Assembly (NCBI GenBank): GCA_951406725.2
Contig: OX597824.1
Span: 13,020,001 to 13,084,000 of the forward strand
Direction: 5' to 3'
Source: Octopus vulgaris
Taxonomy: Eukaryota
Length of the DNA: 64,000 bases
The notes beneath the pieces were generated by a model. It saw nothing but the letters and a program-made list of their open reading frames with translations, did not search any database and was not told where the DNA came from. The translations under genes were made by a program, and so were the position numbers. Shown piece after piece: positions 10,572 through 25,469 of this stretch (its first letter is position 1; every line of letters starts with the position of its first letter).

Positions 10572-11695
10572 AGTAGCATGGCCTGCTAGTTGGAGATGCC
10601 TATCTAGCTCTTGTAAACATATAAGAATTGTTGTGAAATTGAAATAAATTTCGAAAAATCCAACCCCAAAACCGAACTGATTAATATAATAATGAAAATA
10701 ATCATATCTTACATATTCCAGCAAACGTTATTCTTCTTCGACGGATGCGATAATTCGTATGTATTTTGTGAATGGAGGCTTCTATCCACCGGGAAAACAA
10801 AATTAATTTGCTACTTTTTGCTCAAAATCCATATCGTGAGTATCACACCAATAACATATAGCGTTAAATGCCATCATATTAAAAAGGAAAAACTCGTACC
10901 AAGGAAACAAAGAATGGATAAATTATTTTTTGTTAGTGAATGAAGAAACGCGTGGGTTTTCCTTTGATATACAATGAAGAAAGACGGTCTAATATTGCCC
11001 ACAGAAGATTCCCAGCACAGTTTATTTGAAATATGGAAATAAGAAAAAAAAAAATTGCAAGTGGAAAAACAACAAAGGTTTTTCAAAGCGGTAATAATTT
11101 CTAATTTTTTGCCAGCTACTATCGAAGTGACATGATGAAGGAGTCTTTTCTGGAAGCTAGTGTCTGGCTATTTGAAGATTTAAAAGAAAATAAAGTAGCA
11201 GTAATAAATGCCATAAGTGAGTTGCTGTTATCAAAGAATGCTGTAGCTTAAAAGATTGTCTGATGACATGACTAAAGATATATATGATATACATAAGTAT
11301 GTTTTAGTGTGCAAATATTCTTCTTTGCAAATGGCTAGATCAATAAATGCTTTTGACTTAGCATAAACGTACATTTACATTCCAATAACATTTGAGGATT
11401 GCAGTATCAATGAAATTTTGTTAAAAAATATTCCTATCACAAGGAGTAAACTTGAGAAAAGATATTTTCTAATCATTAAATAAAAATGAAAAATGTTGCT
11501 TGTTTACTACTTGAGAGAGTTGTATCAGTCAACAATTGGTGTACCAAGAATGATAATTTGGTACGAAGAGTTTGCCGTTCTTTGAAAAATGATCCAGAAT
11601 CTCCAAAACTCAATCTATTCCACTGCATTAAATGTTGTACAGGAAGTCAACAAAAATGTAAACATTATTGTGCTAGTATTAATATTTGTGTACTC

Positions 11696-12309
11696 TAAGG
11701 TTGCGAGCTGGTGGAATCGTTAGCACACAGGGCGAAATGCTTAGCGGTATTTCGTCTGCCGTTACGTTCTGAGTTCAAATTCTGCCGAGGTCGACTTTGC
11801 CTTTCATCATTTCGGTGTCGATAAATTAAGTACCAGTTACGCACTGGGGTCGATATAATCAACTTAATCCGCTTGTCTGTCCTTGTTTGTCCTTTCTGTG
11901 TTTAGCCCCTTGTGGGTAGTAAAGAAATAGGTATTTCGTCTGCTGTTACATTCTGAGTTCAAATTCCGCCGAAGTCGACTTTGCCTTTCATCCTTTCTGG
12001 GTCGATAAATTAAGTACCAGAAACTCACTGGGGCCAATCTAATCGACTTAATCTGTTTGTCTGTCCTTGTTTGTCCCCTCTAAGTTTAGCCCCTTGTAGG
12101 CAATAAAGAAATAAGAAACGTTTGCTTGCCGGAGAAAATATTTCGCAGTATTCATTTATCCTTACGTTCTAAGTTCGAATTCCACCGAAGTCGACTTTAT
12201 CTTCCATCCTTTCAGGGTCGATAAAAAAAGTGCTGGTTGATCACTGGAATCGATGTAACCGACTTACCCCCTCCCCGAAATTGCTGGCCTTGTGCCAAAA
12301 TTAGAAACC
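11696..12309 (+). mobile_element. Family-A SINE trimer within the hAT fossil
   Basis: Head + two young-tail units + terminal old-tail unit; 15-bp TSD AATATTTGTG(T/A)ACTC at 11681-11695 and 12310-12324. Confidence 0.9.
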
Positions 12310-12862
12310 AATATTTGTGAACTCAACCAGGCCAAAACTTTTTCATCGACTTCTTTTTAGGTATTTCGAAGCAAATACTAATTCTAGTTATGATGATTTG
12401 TACCTGCGTACAACAGTCATTTGGTTAAGTAAAACTAACGTGTTCGAAGGAGTCTGGGAGCATTAAACTGAAATCAAAGCTTTTTTCTTTAAATGACCGG
12501 GGTGATATTCATTGGAAACTCGATAAGACACTGGTTATTAGGTCTAACATTTTTAACACACGTGATACTCCTGCTAAAGTGAATCCCTAGTTGATAGGTG
12601 AAGATAAGAAACTTGCGCAGTTGATCAGTTTTGCAAACATTCCAAAACCAAATTTAGATCAGTTTTATTTTTCCAAATTAAAATTAAAAACTAACCAAGC
12701 CATTACCAATTTTTACGTTCGAAATTATCAAGCACAACAAGCTAACAGTTATTATCATCAGAATTCGATTATCTTTCCAAAATTGTGATCATCTACAAGC
12801 AATGGCGTAAAATTTTTCATATTCCTTTTGGTACAGAAGAAATTGCTGCGGTCACAGATATA

Positions 12863-13463
12863 TATTTTTTTTACTACCCACAAGGGGCTAAAAATAGAGG
12901 GAACAAACAAAGACAGACAAAGGGATTAAGTCGATTACATCGACCCAGTGCGAAAGTGGTACTTTATTTATCGACCCCGAGAGGATGAAAGCAAAGTCGA
13001 CCTCGGTGGAATTTGAACTCAGAACGTAACGACAGACGAAATACCTATTTCTTTACTACCCACAAGGGGCTAAACACAGAGGGGACAAACAAGGACAGAC
13101 AAACGGATTAAGTCGATTATATCGACCCCAGTGCGTAACTGGTACTTAATTTATCGACCCCGAAAGGATGAAAGGCAAAGTCGACCTCGGTGGAATTTGA
13201 ACTCAGAACGTAACGACAGACGAAATACCCTATTTCTTTACTACCCACAAGGGGCTAAACACAGAGGGGACAAACAAGGACAGATAAACTGATTAAATCG
13301 ATTATATCGACCCAGTGCGTAACTGGTACTTAATTTATCGACCCCGAAAGGATGAAAGGCAAAGTCGACCTCGGCGGAATTTGAACTCAGAACGTAGCGG
13401 TAGACGGAACACGGCTACGCATTTCACCCGGCGTGCTAACGTTTCTGCCAGCTCTCCGCATTA
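12863..13463 (-). mobile_element. Family-A SINE trimer within the hAT fossil
   Basis: One head, three ~180-bp body+tail units; TSD CTGCG(G/A)TCACAGATATA at 12846-12862 and 13465-13481. Confidence 0.9.
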
Positions 13464-13960
13464 CCTGCGATCACAGATATAGATGATGAATTAATAATGC
13501 AAGAGAGTGACACTGCATTACAACAAAGACAGCGAGATTCCAATTTTTGGAATTTAGTTTCGGTTTGCAAATATGACAGTATAAAAAAAGAAAGAAAAAC
13601 ATAATTAATAAAAAAAAAAGACAATCGTTAATATTGAAGGCATATTTTCCTTTCACCTGTCTTTGGAATGCATTATTTCCCCACTCAAATATAAAATCTA
13701 TATAAGAAAGAAATACATTAAAAAGCGAACAGCTTGAAAATTGTTTACGTCTTTAGCTAACGTTATGCAATGCAAGCGTAATGCATTTTAAATAAATCAT
13801 TTTCTTTTTCATATTCTCCCGAGATAAATGCATGCAAATGTAAAATAAGTGATGCGTGATTGTGACACAGCACTGATTTTAAAACGGTTAAATAAAATGA
13901 ATCACTGATTATTAGTGTAAGTTTCTTGAAGTCATTGGTGAATTAGAATTTATTGTTTCC

Positions 13961-14744
13961 TATTTCTTTATTGCCCACAAGGGGCTAAACATAGAGCGGA
14001 CAAACAAGGACAGACAAATGGATTAAGTCGATTATATCGACCCCAGTGCGTAACTGGCGCTTAATTTATCGACCCCGAAAGGATGAAAGGCAAAGTCGAC
14101 CTTGACGGAATTTAAACTCAGAACGTAGCGGCAGACGAAATACATATTTCTTTACTACCCACAAAGGGTTAAACACAGAGAGGACAAACAAGGATAGACA
14201 AACGGATTAAGTCAATTACATCGACCCCAGTGCGTAACTGGCGCTTAATTTATCGACCCTGAAAGGATGAAAGGCAAAGTCGACTTCGGCGGAATTTGAA
14301 CTCAGAACGTAGCGGCAGACGAAATACCTATTTCTTTACTACCCACAAGGGGCTAAACATAGAGGGGACAAACAAGGACAGACAAACGGATGAAGTCAAT
14401 TACATCGACCCCAGTGCGTAACTGGCGCTTAATTTATCAAACCCGAAAGGATGAAAGGCAAAGTCGACCTCGGCGGAATTTGAACTCAGAACGTTACGGC
14501 AGACGAAATACCTATTTCTTTACTACCCACAAGGGGCTAAACACAGAGAGGACAAACAAGGATAGACAAACGGATTAAGTCAATTACATCGACCCCAGTG
14601 CGTAACTGGCGCTTAATTTATCAAACTTGAAAGGATGAAAGGCAAAGTCGACCTCGGCGGAATTTGAACTCAGAACGTAGCGGCAGACGAAATACGGCTA
14701 CACATTCGCCCGGCGTGCTAACGTTTCTGCCAGCTCGCCGCCTT
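13961..14744 (-). mobile_element. Family-A SINE tetramer
   Basis: One head, four ~184-bp units; imperfect ~27-bp flanking duplication at 13934-13960 and 14745-14771. Confidence 0.9.
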
Positions 14745-15599
14745 ATTAGTGAATTAGAATTGTTTGTTTCCGTTTTAACAAGAATAAATTTCCTATATTT
14801 GTGCAGGAGAGGGGATGGCGTAACGATAGAATCGCTAGAGCGTCGCACAAAATGTCTGGCAGTACTTCTTCCGACTTTACTTTCTGAGTTCATGTTCCAC
14901 CGAGGTCAACTTGACATTTCGGGAACGATAAAAATGAAGTACCATTCAAGTACTGGAGTCAATGACAACAGCTAATACTCTCTCTCAAAATTACTAGCCA
15001 TGTGTCAAAATTAGCTAATTTTTCTACTTGAACGCATAGTAGTTGTATTACATGTTCTCAAAATAAATGTGTGTGTTTATCCAGATTGCTAAGAACTCAA
15101 GTGAGGTTACTTCACTTTAATGTTCTTATTAATGAATTAACCTTCTATTTCTTTACTTAATGAATTAACCTCCGTCAGTTTCGACGATGAATTGCAATTT
15201 TTCTATACTTGTTGAATCAATAAGTAAGTGTTTGAGTATTCCGTAGACGCTTGTTGTACCCTTAACATAATTTTCAGAGAAAATCTGCATGATAAAGTGT
15301 GGGACAAACCGGGTCCTTCGAATTTAAGCATAATTTATTCGACGGGCTTCCGCACAGTTTCCGTCTGTGATTTTGTTCACAAGGAAAAGCTATGGTAAAA
15401 AGAATTACTTATCTAAAACAGTGGGATTAAACTTGGAACCCCGCGATTGCGAAGCGAACGATATTAACGTCTGTCTATTCCTACATCCGTAATGATCTTA
15501 TTGAAAATAATATAAAACATAAAGACTTTAGCTCTTCAAAGCCTACTCACCCTTGCTCCATGAGAATATTAAATGTATAGTAGTAATAGATTAGTATAT

Positions 15600-17910
15600 A
15601 TATTTAATCGACCCGCACCACTAAAAGGACAGAAAACAAAGCTGGCTTCGGTTCGATTTGATCTTACACAGAATACAACGATTGATTTGATCCACGCCCC
15701 GTTCCTGACTGATACTTAATTTTATCGATTTCCTGATGGATGAAAGGCAAAATAAATCTAATGAGGGTTTTTAGATAGATACAAAGACAGAAATATGTGG
15801 AAGGGTTAGTCGATTACATCGACCACCAGCACTTCTTTTATTTTTTTAATCTTTATTTGTTTCAGTTACTGGAATACAGCAATGCTTGGGCTCCGCCTTC
15901 AAGGTTTTTAGTTTAAAGAAATCGACCCTAATACGCAGTGGGGCTGAAGCGTGTTCCTTAACTACACATCAATACCTACTCCTGATGGGAAATTATTTTG
16001 TTAACCTCGGAGAGATTGAAGCAAAGTTGACCACGGCAGGTTTTGGAATCAGGTGTAAGGAGCTAAAAGAAAGACTGTAGAACATTTTGTTCAACGCTCA
16101 AAAAATTCTACCAATCCAATGACTTCTAATGTAAGCATAAAGCCATAAATGTTGGTAGCGGGAGGTTGGAATCGATTATATCGAAGTAGTACACGACTGG
16201 TACTTTATTTTATCGACCTAAAACAATGGGAGCAAAACTGATACAGCGGGGTTTGAACGCAAAGCTTATAGAGCAGGACCAAATACCGGAAGACACTTTC
16301 TCTAATGTTTTAACAATTCACTAAATCTTGCTTCTTCATCTATAGTGGTTTCAAAGTTTGGCACAGAGCCAGTAAGATTTTTTGGAGTGGAGGGGAGTCG
16401 ATTACATCGATTCCTGTACTTGACTGATACTTATTTTATCGATGCCACGAAGACGAAAGACGAAAGGCGAAGTCGACTTCGGCGGAATTTGAACTCAGAA
16501 AGTAAAGTCGGATGGAATTGATGCTGAGCATTTTGTAGGCGTACTAATGGTTCGGCCAGCTCGCCACCTTTCCATCAGCTATAATTGTTTGTAATTTAGA
16601 AATAAGACCAGCAGTTTTGGGAGTATTCAATCCCGCCAGGATGAAACGCAGAGCTGCTTTCGGTGGGATTTGAACACAGAAAGTAAAGATGCCTTAATGA
16701 CTCTGCATCTGCTATGAACTCAGAATAATCTGTTCTAATTTTGACTTAGGGTCAGGAACTTTGAGGAGAGGGCGGAAATCAGTTACGTCCACCCCAGTAC
16801 TTGATTGGTTCTTTATTTTATCTGTCCTAGAAGGATAGAAAGCAAAGTTGATTTCATTGAGATTTGAACACAGAACGTAAAGATCCGAAACTAATACTAC
16901 AAAGAATTTTTCTCTCATACCTTAATGATATGGTCAATGCTACATGCTCAGCTAGAATAGTCCTTTCTGCTGTAGGAACAAGGTCTGATATTTTGGCGGA
17001 GGGGGTTAGCCGATTTTATCGATCCCAGCACTCGGCTTGTACTTATTTCATAGACCCACAAAAGGATGAAAGGCAAAGTCAATTTGGATAGGGGACGAAA
17101 TGCTGCAAAGTATTTTGTCAGTCGTACTAACGAGTCTGCCTGCTCGCCGCCATGTTGTTGTTTTAGCTTGTTCCTTCTCGAGCCACGCTTGGCTCATAAG
17201 GGCCGGTTTCCCGGTTTCCTTGGCGTAAAAGTTCCCCACCTGGACGGGACGCCGGTCCGTCACAGGTGAGCTGTAAGAGGAAAGAGTGGCGAAAGAGACA
17301 GCAGAAGTTCGCCATTACTTTCTGCCGGAGCCGCATGGAGCTTAGGAGTTTCGCTCATAAACACACACATCCCTCGGTCTGAGATCCGAACACGCGATCC
17401 CTCGACCGCGAGTCCGCTGCTCTAACTACTAGGCTATGTGCCTCCACTCGCTGCCGTGTACTCAGGTATAATAAAGATTTCAAAATTCGGAACTAGGCAA
17501 GCAATTTCGAGCGAGGGGTAAGTCAATTACATTGATCCCAGTATTCAACTGGTACTTACTTTATCGACCGTGAAAGAAGGAGAGGCAAAGTTGACTTCAC
17601 TGGAGTTTGAGTTCAGAACAAGAAGACGGATGAAATGCTGCTAAGCATTTTGTCCGGTGTGCTAACGATTCTGCCTGTTCATCGCTTTCTACTCAGGTAT
17701 AATAATGCTAATAATTCTATCCACTATAGGTACAAGGCCTGACATTTTTGGTGAGGGGCTAGTCGATTACGAAAACCTCATTGCTCAAATAGTACTTTTT
17801 AAATCGATTCCGAAAGGATGAGAGGCAAGATTTGAACCCCGAACGTAAAGAGACAGGGTAAATGCTGCAAAGCATTGCCCCCGACACCTTAATGACTCTG
17901 CCAATGCGAC
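15600..17910 (-). mobile_element. Cluster of old, diverged family-A SINE remnants
   Basis: Repeated GATGAAAGGCAAAGTC..GGAATTTGAACTCAGAA motifs, mostly in the same orientation. Confidence 0.7.
17169..17447 (-). mobile_element. Chimeric SINE: family-B head/body + family-D tail
   Basis: B-type head and body joined to CCTGTGACGGACCGGCGTCCCGTCCAGG...GGCTCGAGAAGGAAC; 12-bp TSD with 2 mismatches (17144-17155/17448-17459). Confidence 0.82.
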
Positions 17911-18130
17911 GCGCTCAGTTACAATAATGCTAATAATATTTTGCTAAAACAATACGACACATGAGAGTTTGTATTGAGAATAATAAACCTTAAAATATGT
18001 AAAAAAAAAAGAGGAAATATATCTGAGGGAAACATAGAACGCCAATAAACAAAACGCCGATAAATAAAACAGCAATAAAAGAATATACCAAATGGAACAA
18101 AGAAACCATATTAGGAATGGGAGGACCATG

Positions 18131-19300
<1,170 letters not shown>

Positions 19301-20160
19301 ATAAGTCTCTCTCTGCCTCTCTCACTCATCTCGCTAGTTTCCCTTCTTTCAATAAAACACATATCTACTGTGAATATTGAATTTCATCCCAGATTCTCTC
19401 CCTTGATTTATTTTACCCTCTCCCGTACTTCTTTCTTTCCCCCTCCCTCTCTCCCTCTCTCTGTATTTTATTTCCCCCGTCTCTTTATTTCGGCTTTTAA
19501 ATTCTCTTTTATCTCTTTCTGTTCCACTTATTTTATCAATTCAAGCAGAAATACTGCCTAGAATAATAACAGAATCTTCCAATTTGTCCACACATATCTC
19601 CATCAGACCAATTCTCAACAACTCCACTTCTATACACCTTCCTCATCGCTGTTCACCTCTCTCCGTTCTTTCCCCATGTACACCTCTCCTATTTCTTTAC
19701 TCTTCTTCAGTCTAGCTTTTACTTCCTTCCTCTTCTTTTCTCTTTTTGTCTCTGTCTGTCCGTAAGTCTGCCTTTATCTATCGGTCTCTCTGTCTCTGTC
19801 TCACTCTTAAGACACTCTGATATTTCCTCACCTTCGTCAAATCGATCAATATTTCGAATATTTACGAGCTGACGAAAGAGCCTCTACTTGTTCGATTGAT
19901 CTGTTAGAAACAGTAGCCTAATCTCCTTCAAATCTCATGAACTCACACTCTGGCGTCTTCTGTCTTTTTGTTCTCCGTGACTGAGGTTTTGTCTGTTTAT
20001 ACACTTATTTATTTATACCCACCACTTCCTCATCCGCTTATATGTCTCTAATATTCCTTCTCTTTCTCTGCCTAAGTTTTTCTCCATCTTCTTTCTCCTC
20101 AACTTTTTCCCTTTTGTGGGTTTCCTATAGCTATGTGAACAACTACTATATATTGAGTTG

Positions 20161-20222
20161 TCGACTGAAGAGGGTTTTATGTAACAGCTATCTTAGATAA
20201 CTACTCGAAACGTGCGTATTAA
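20161..20222 (+). ncRNA. Degenerate type I hammerhead motif (Penelope pLTR-like)
   Basis: CTGAAGA-GGGT..ACTC-GAAA-CGTGCG-TA; stems II and III can form, stem I is broken. Confidence 0.55.
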
Positions 20223-20789
20223 ATGCATTCAAACTATCAAATTTTTTTTGTTATTTTTATAATCAAAAGTGGCTGTATTGTATGGCGTTTGCTTCTCAAT
20301 CAAATCTTTCCGAGTTCAGCCTCACTGCGTTGCACCTTGGGTGAGTGTTTGCTACTATATAACCTCGGACCAACCAAAGCCTTGTGAGTGGATTCAATAG
20401 ACGGAAATTGAAAGAAGCCTATCAAATATATGTGTGTGTATGTGTATGTCCCAACGGAGGTTGATGTGATTACGTCCCCGTAACATAGTGATTCAGCAAT
20501 GATCACTATAGTGTGTTTCAGTGACAAGCATTTGTAAGATGAGTTGTGTTATTTTGACTGTAAGCTTTATGTCAGTGTACTACAGCTTTTTTAAAAACCT
20601 GACACACACACACACGCACACACACTAACAGAGATACATGCACATGCAGACACACACATGCACATGCACATACATATAATAGCTTTTGTTTCTGTTAAAG
20701 CAGAAAAAAAGCATAAAATTTAACACTGGAATTGTGTTGAGTCTTCTGTAGAAAATGTGAGTTAAACAGGGATTGGACGCAAAAGTATT

Positions 20790-21260
20790 TAATTTGTCGT
20801 TCGATACGACATAAAATATTTGAAAGTATTAAGGTAGATGAAGGTGGTCATAGCAGTGTAGATCGTCGTTATATTCTGTCATGCATCCAGAAGTGTGAAT
20901 ATTCAATTGTAATTACGGAGGCAGAATTTAGTTCTGTGTCGACAGTTCAAAATTAGTTCGTTCATTTTTATGCCAAATTAGGATGGGATGCTTGACGATG
21001 TATATATTCCCTCCCAAGATTTCACATATATTTGTTTTTTTACTTAAACGCTTTTGCCATCTCTAAAACTTCACGTGAACTGCTAGTGGTGTCATCTTCT
21101 CGATATTCAAACATACTTTGAAAGGACGGCAGTGTTTTCTAATTGGTGAAAGCTGAACGAGCTGTTGTAGGGATGTAAGCAAGTCTTGGAGGAGTAGATT
21201 ATAAATCACATGCAGTTCACTGATGTGTTATTAGGAGAGATATCAGCCTGCTGTGTTATA
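20790..21260 (-). pseudogene. Decayed RTE-like RT remnant
   Basis: Minus-strand LQDLLTSLQQLV...KVCLNIEKM (~LQ.L...GL.IN.KKT) followed by TIYTAMTTFIY (~KIY.A.V.T.LLY). Confidence 0.4.
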
Positions 21261-21529
21261 CTTTTCTCAATGAATTGCTATATATAGGAAAATTTTCTAT
21301 ATTTTAGCAATTGCCAGTAATACTCTTTGTTTCATATTTGCTTTCATTTTTATTGTTCCTCATAATGGCATGAGACATGTATTTACTGCGCATACATACA
21401 TATAGAATTGCACGTTCACACACACAGACATACACACACTAGTAATACTGCAGCTACTACCCCATCTCGTTTCCAGGGATTGAACACACACACCAGCAAT
21501 TAGAGTTTGTCCATCTGTCTGCCTGTCTG

Positions 21530-21621
<92 letters not shown>

Positions 21622-21822
21622 CCTTGTAATTTGTCCCGTCTGTGTTCAGCCCTGTGTGGCCAATAAAGAAACATATCTATCTCACATACACATACTCTCT
21701 CTCCCTATATATCTGTCTGTCTGTCTCTGTCTCTCTCTCTCTCTATCTATCTCTCTCTCTATATATATATATACACGCATATACATATATATATATCTGT
21801 TATCTATCTATCTATCTATCTA

Positions 21823-21877
<55 letters not shown>

Positions 21878-21882
21878 GCCTG

Positions 21883-21998
<116 letters not shown>

Positions 21999-22227
21999 AA
22001 TGTATATTTATATGCTATGTATATACGCATGAATATGTATTAACACGTATATATGCGTATAGATATATGTATGCATGGACATATATATATAAAACATATT
22101 GCATCAGCCGTTTGGAAGATGCTGGTGAGTTATTGCTTTCCCGAGGAAAACACATTTGTTATGTTTGTGTGAGTTAAACATGAGTGTAAGTCAATGACAA
22201 ATAAAAAGGAGTTTAAGTGAAATGGAT

Positions 22228-22831
<604 letters not shown>

Positions 22832-23449
22832 CCATAATAATAATAAAACAACAAGAATCGCAGCAGCAGAACAACAACAATACCAACAACGTCACTAGAG
22901 CAACACCATAAGAATAAAAGCATTAATAAATATATTTCAAAAAAAAAAAGAAGCGAATATGAAGATTATCGGAAATACACAGGATTTTTTTTTTTACGGC
23001 GGTGGTGTTGGTGTTGGTGTTGGTGCTGGGGCGATGCACACTGGAGCGAAAAAAATTATTTGTTTTGGATGAATCAAATAACAAATCAAATATCACCGAT
23101 TGTCATCACGTTGATTGGTTTGGTAGATCTGGGATTATTGGATTTTCTTCAAAGATATCATCTCTACCCACTCTCCGTAACTCACTCTCTCTCTCTAATT
23201 CTCTTACTCTCGCTCTCTTCTATTTAGCCCTTCTCTTCATCTTTCTCATACGTGCATACATACAATACAGACACGTATAGACAGAGACGCAAATACGCGT
23301 GTACACACATGCACACGCGTGCGCATACACATATGTTTTATTGAGAGGGACTTGAAAGTTTCGCCATTGATTGGTGTCGAACTGACGTCGTCAATTACTG
23401 GGTGAAACTAAGAAATAAACGTTAATATGGTTCTTTTCTTTTCCCTTTT

Positions 23450-23845
23450 CTTTTACTTGTTTAAGTCATTTGACTGCGGCCATGCTGAAGCACCGCCTTT
23501 AGTCCAGCAAATGAACTCCAGGACTTATTCTTTGTAAGCCTAGTACTTATTCTATCGGACTCTTTTGCCTAACCGCTAAGTTACGGGGACGTAAACACAC
23601 CAGCATTAGTTGTCAAGCGATGTTGGGGGGACAAACACGGACACACAAACACACATATATATATATACATATACATATATACGACGGGCTTCTTTCAGTT
23701 TCCGTCTACCAAATCCACTCACAAGGCTTTGGTCGGCCCGAGGCTATAGTAGGAGACATTTGCCCAAGGTGCCACGCAGTGGGACTGAACCCAGAACCAT
23801 GTGGTTGGTAAGCAAGCTACTTACCACATAGCCACTCCTGCGCCT
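23450..23845 (-). mobile_element. SINE family C, full-length
   Basis: Head GGAGTGGCTATGTGGTAAG...GGGTTCAGTCCC, CCTTGGGCAA body, GTAAAAG tail. Confidence 0.9.
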
Positions 23846-23913
23846 ATAACTAGAAAATAACCGACTGTACGCTTGTATACAGGCTTTTCTTCAGTCAATT
23901 TTCACAATAAAAT

Positions 23914-24230
<317 letters not shown>

Positions 24231-24469
24231 CCTCTCTCTGTATTCTATCTACCTATCAATGTATCTATGTATATCTCTCTCTCTGACTATGTCTCTCTCT
24301 CTCTCTCTATAAATATAACTTTTTGTCTGTCTATTTGTTTGTCTGTCTCTCTCTCTCTCTCTCTTTCTCTCTCTATTCAATCTACCTGTCTACTTATGTT
24401 TATCACGAGCTATATTGTTCGATGTATCTGACTGCGGAGTCAGACTGTGTGTGTGTGCATGTGTGTGTG

Positions 24470-24537
<68 letters not shown>

Positions 24538-24696
24538 GGGCAGAGTCTAGTTCATACGAGTCGTCACTGCATATCTTTATGGGTCTTTAAACTGCGCTGA
24601 GAGATAATATAACTGTAAAATCAAATCTCTTTAATCAGACATGATCTGTAGGATACACAGCAAGCAGAAGATTTTAAAGGATAACCCATAAGTGGT

Positions 24697-25082
24697 GGAA
24701 GCACTCCGTCGGTTACGACGACGAGGGTTCCGGTTGATCCGATCAACGGAACAGCCTGCTCGTGAAATTAACGTGTAAGTGGCTGAGCACTCCACAGGCA
24801 CGTGTACCCTTAACGTAGTTCTCGGGGATATTCAGCGTGACACAGAGAGTGACAAGGCCGGCCCCTTTGAAATACAGGTACAACAGAAACAGGAAGTAAG
24901 AGTGGGAGAAAGTTGTGGTGAAAGAGTACAGCAGGGTTCACCACCATCCCCTGCCGGAGCCTCGTGGAGCTTTTTAGGTGTTTTCGCTCAATAAACACTC
25001 ACAACGCCCGGTCTGGGAATCGAAACTACGATCCTACGACCGCGAGTCCGCTGCCCTAACCACTGGGCCATTGCGCCTCCAC
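24697..25082 (-). mobile_element. SINE family B
   Basis: Near-identical to other B copies; TSD AACCCATAAGT at 24683-24693 and 25083-25093. Confidence 0.93.
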
Positions 25083-25469
25083 AACCCATAAGTACATAGC
25101 TGAACGTCTTATCGATTCATCCGCTTCTCTCTATACAAAAGTACAATATAGTTCGCAAAGTAACTGTCCGTCCGAAATTGTTAAGTTGTTAATTAGTCCA
25201 CTCAAGTGATACATTCCTTCATTAATATCATTAACAGTTCAAATTTATCTCTTTGAATAATGATTTGGCTCGAAAACATTAGTTCCCACAACTCCCCACG
25301 GAATAGGAACTTATCCAAATTTGCAAATCTTATTTACCAGTTTGTACGGCGGCTCTGTCGAACGAAAACGAAGAGTCTAGATACCGACAATGTTTTTCAT
25401 AAATCAAACCCGACCGTCTTACAATCCCCCTTAAGGTCTAATCTTGGTGATTTTGTGACTTGTAAGACT

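Larger units (their letters stand above)
10905..13755 (+). pseudogene. Decayed hAT (Buster/Charlie/SPIN, GTF2IRD2-like) transposase interrupted by SINE arrays
   Basis: Ordered peptide remnants: MMKESFLEASVWLFEDFK; NAISELLLSKNAVA; CKYSSLQMARSIN (~FSLQLDEST); KNDPESPKLNLFHCI; YDDLYLRTTVIWLSK (~LLLHTDVRWLS); FWNLVSVCKY; LKAYFPFTCLWNALF (~FGSTYLCESAFS); EQLENCLRL. Confidence 0.85.

Noticed and set aside
12863-14744. Regularly spaced repeats suggestive of a CRISPR array
   Set aside because: Units are ~180-bp SINE bodies without unique spacers; no cas genes; eukaryotic context.
19869-19918. CTGACGA...GAAACAGTA possible hammerhead
   Set aside because: Neither stem I nor a convincing stem II can be formed.
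23364-23392. CCAAT-box and CRE-like (TGACGTC) motifs
   Set aside because: Short motifs with no associated gene start; expected by chance.
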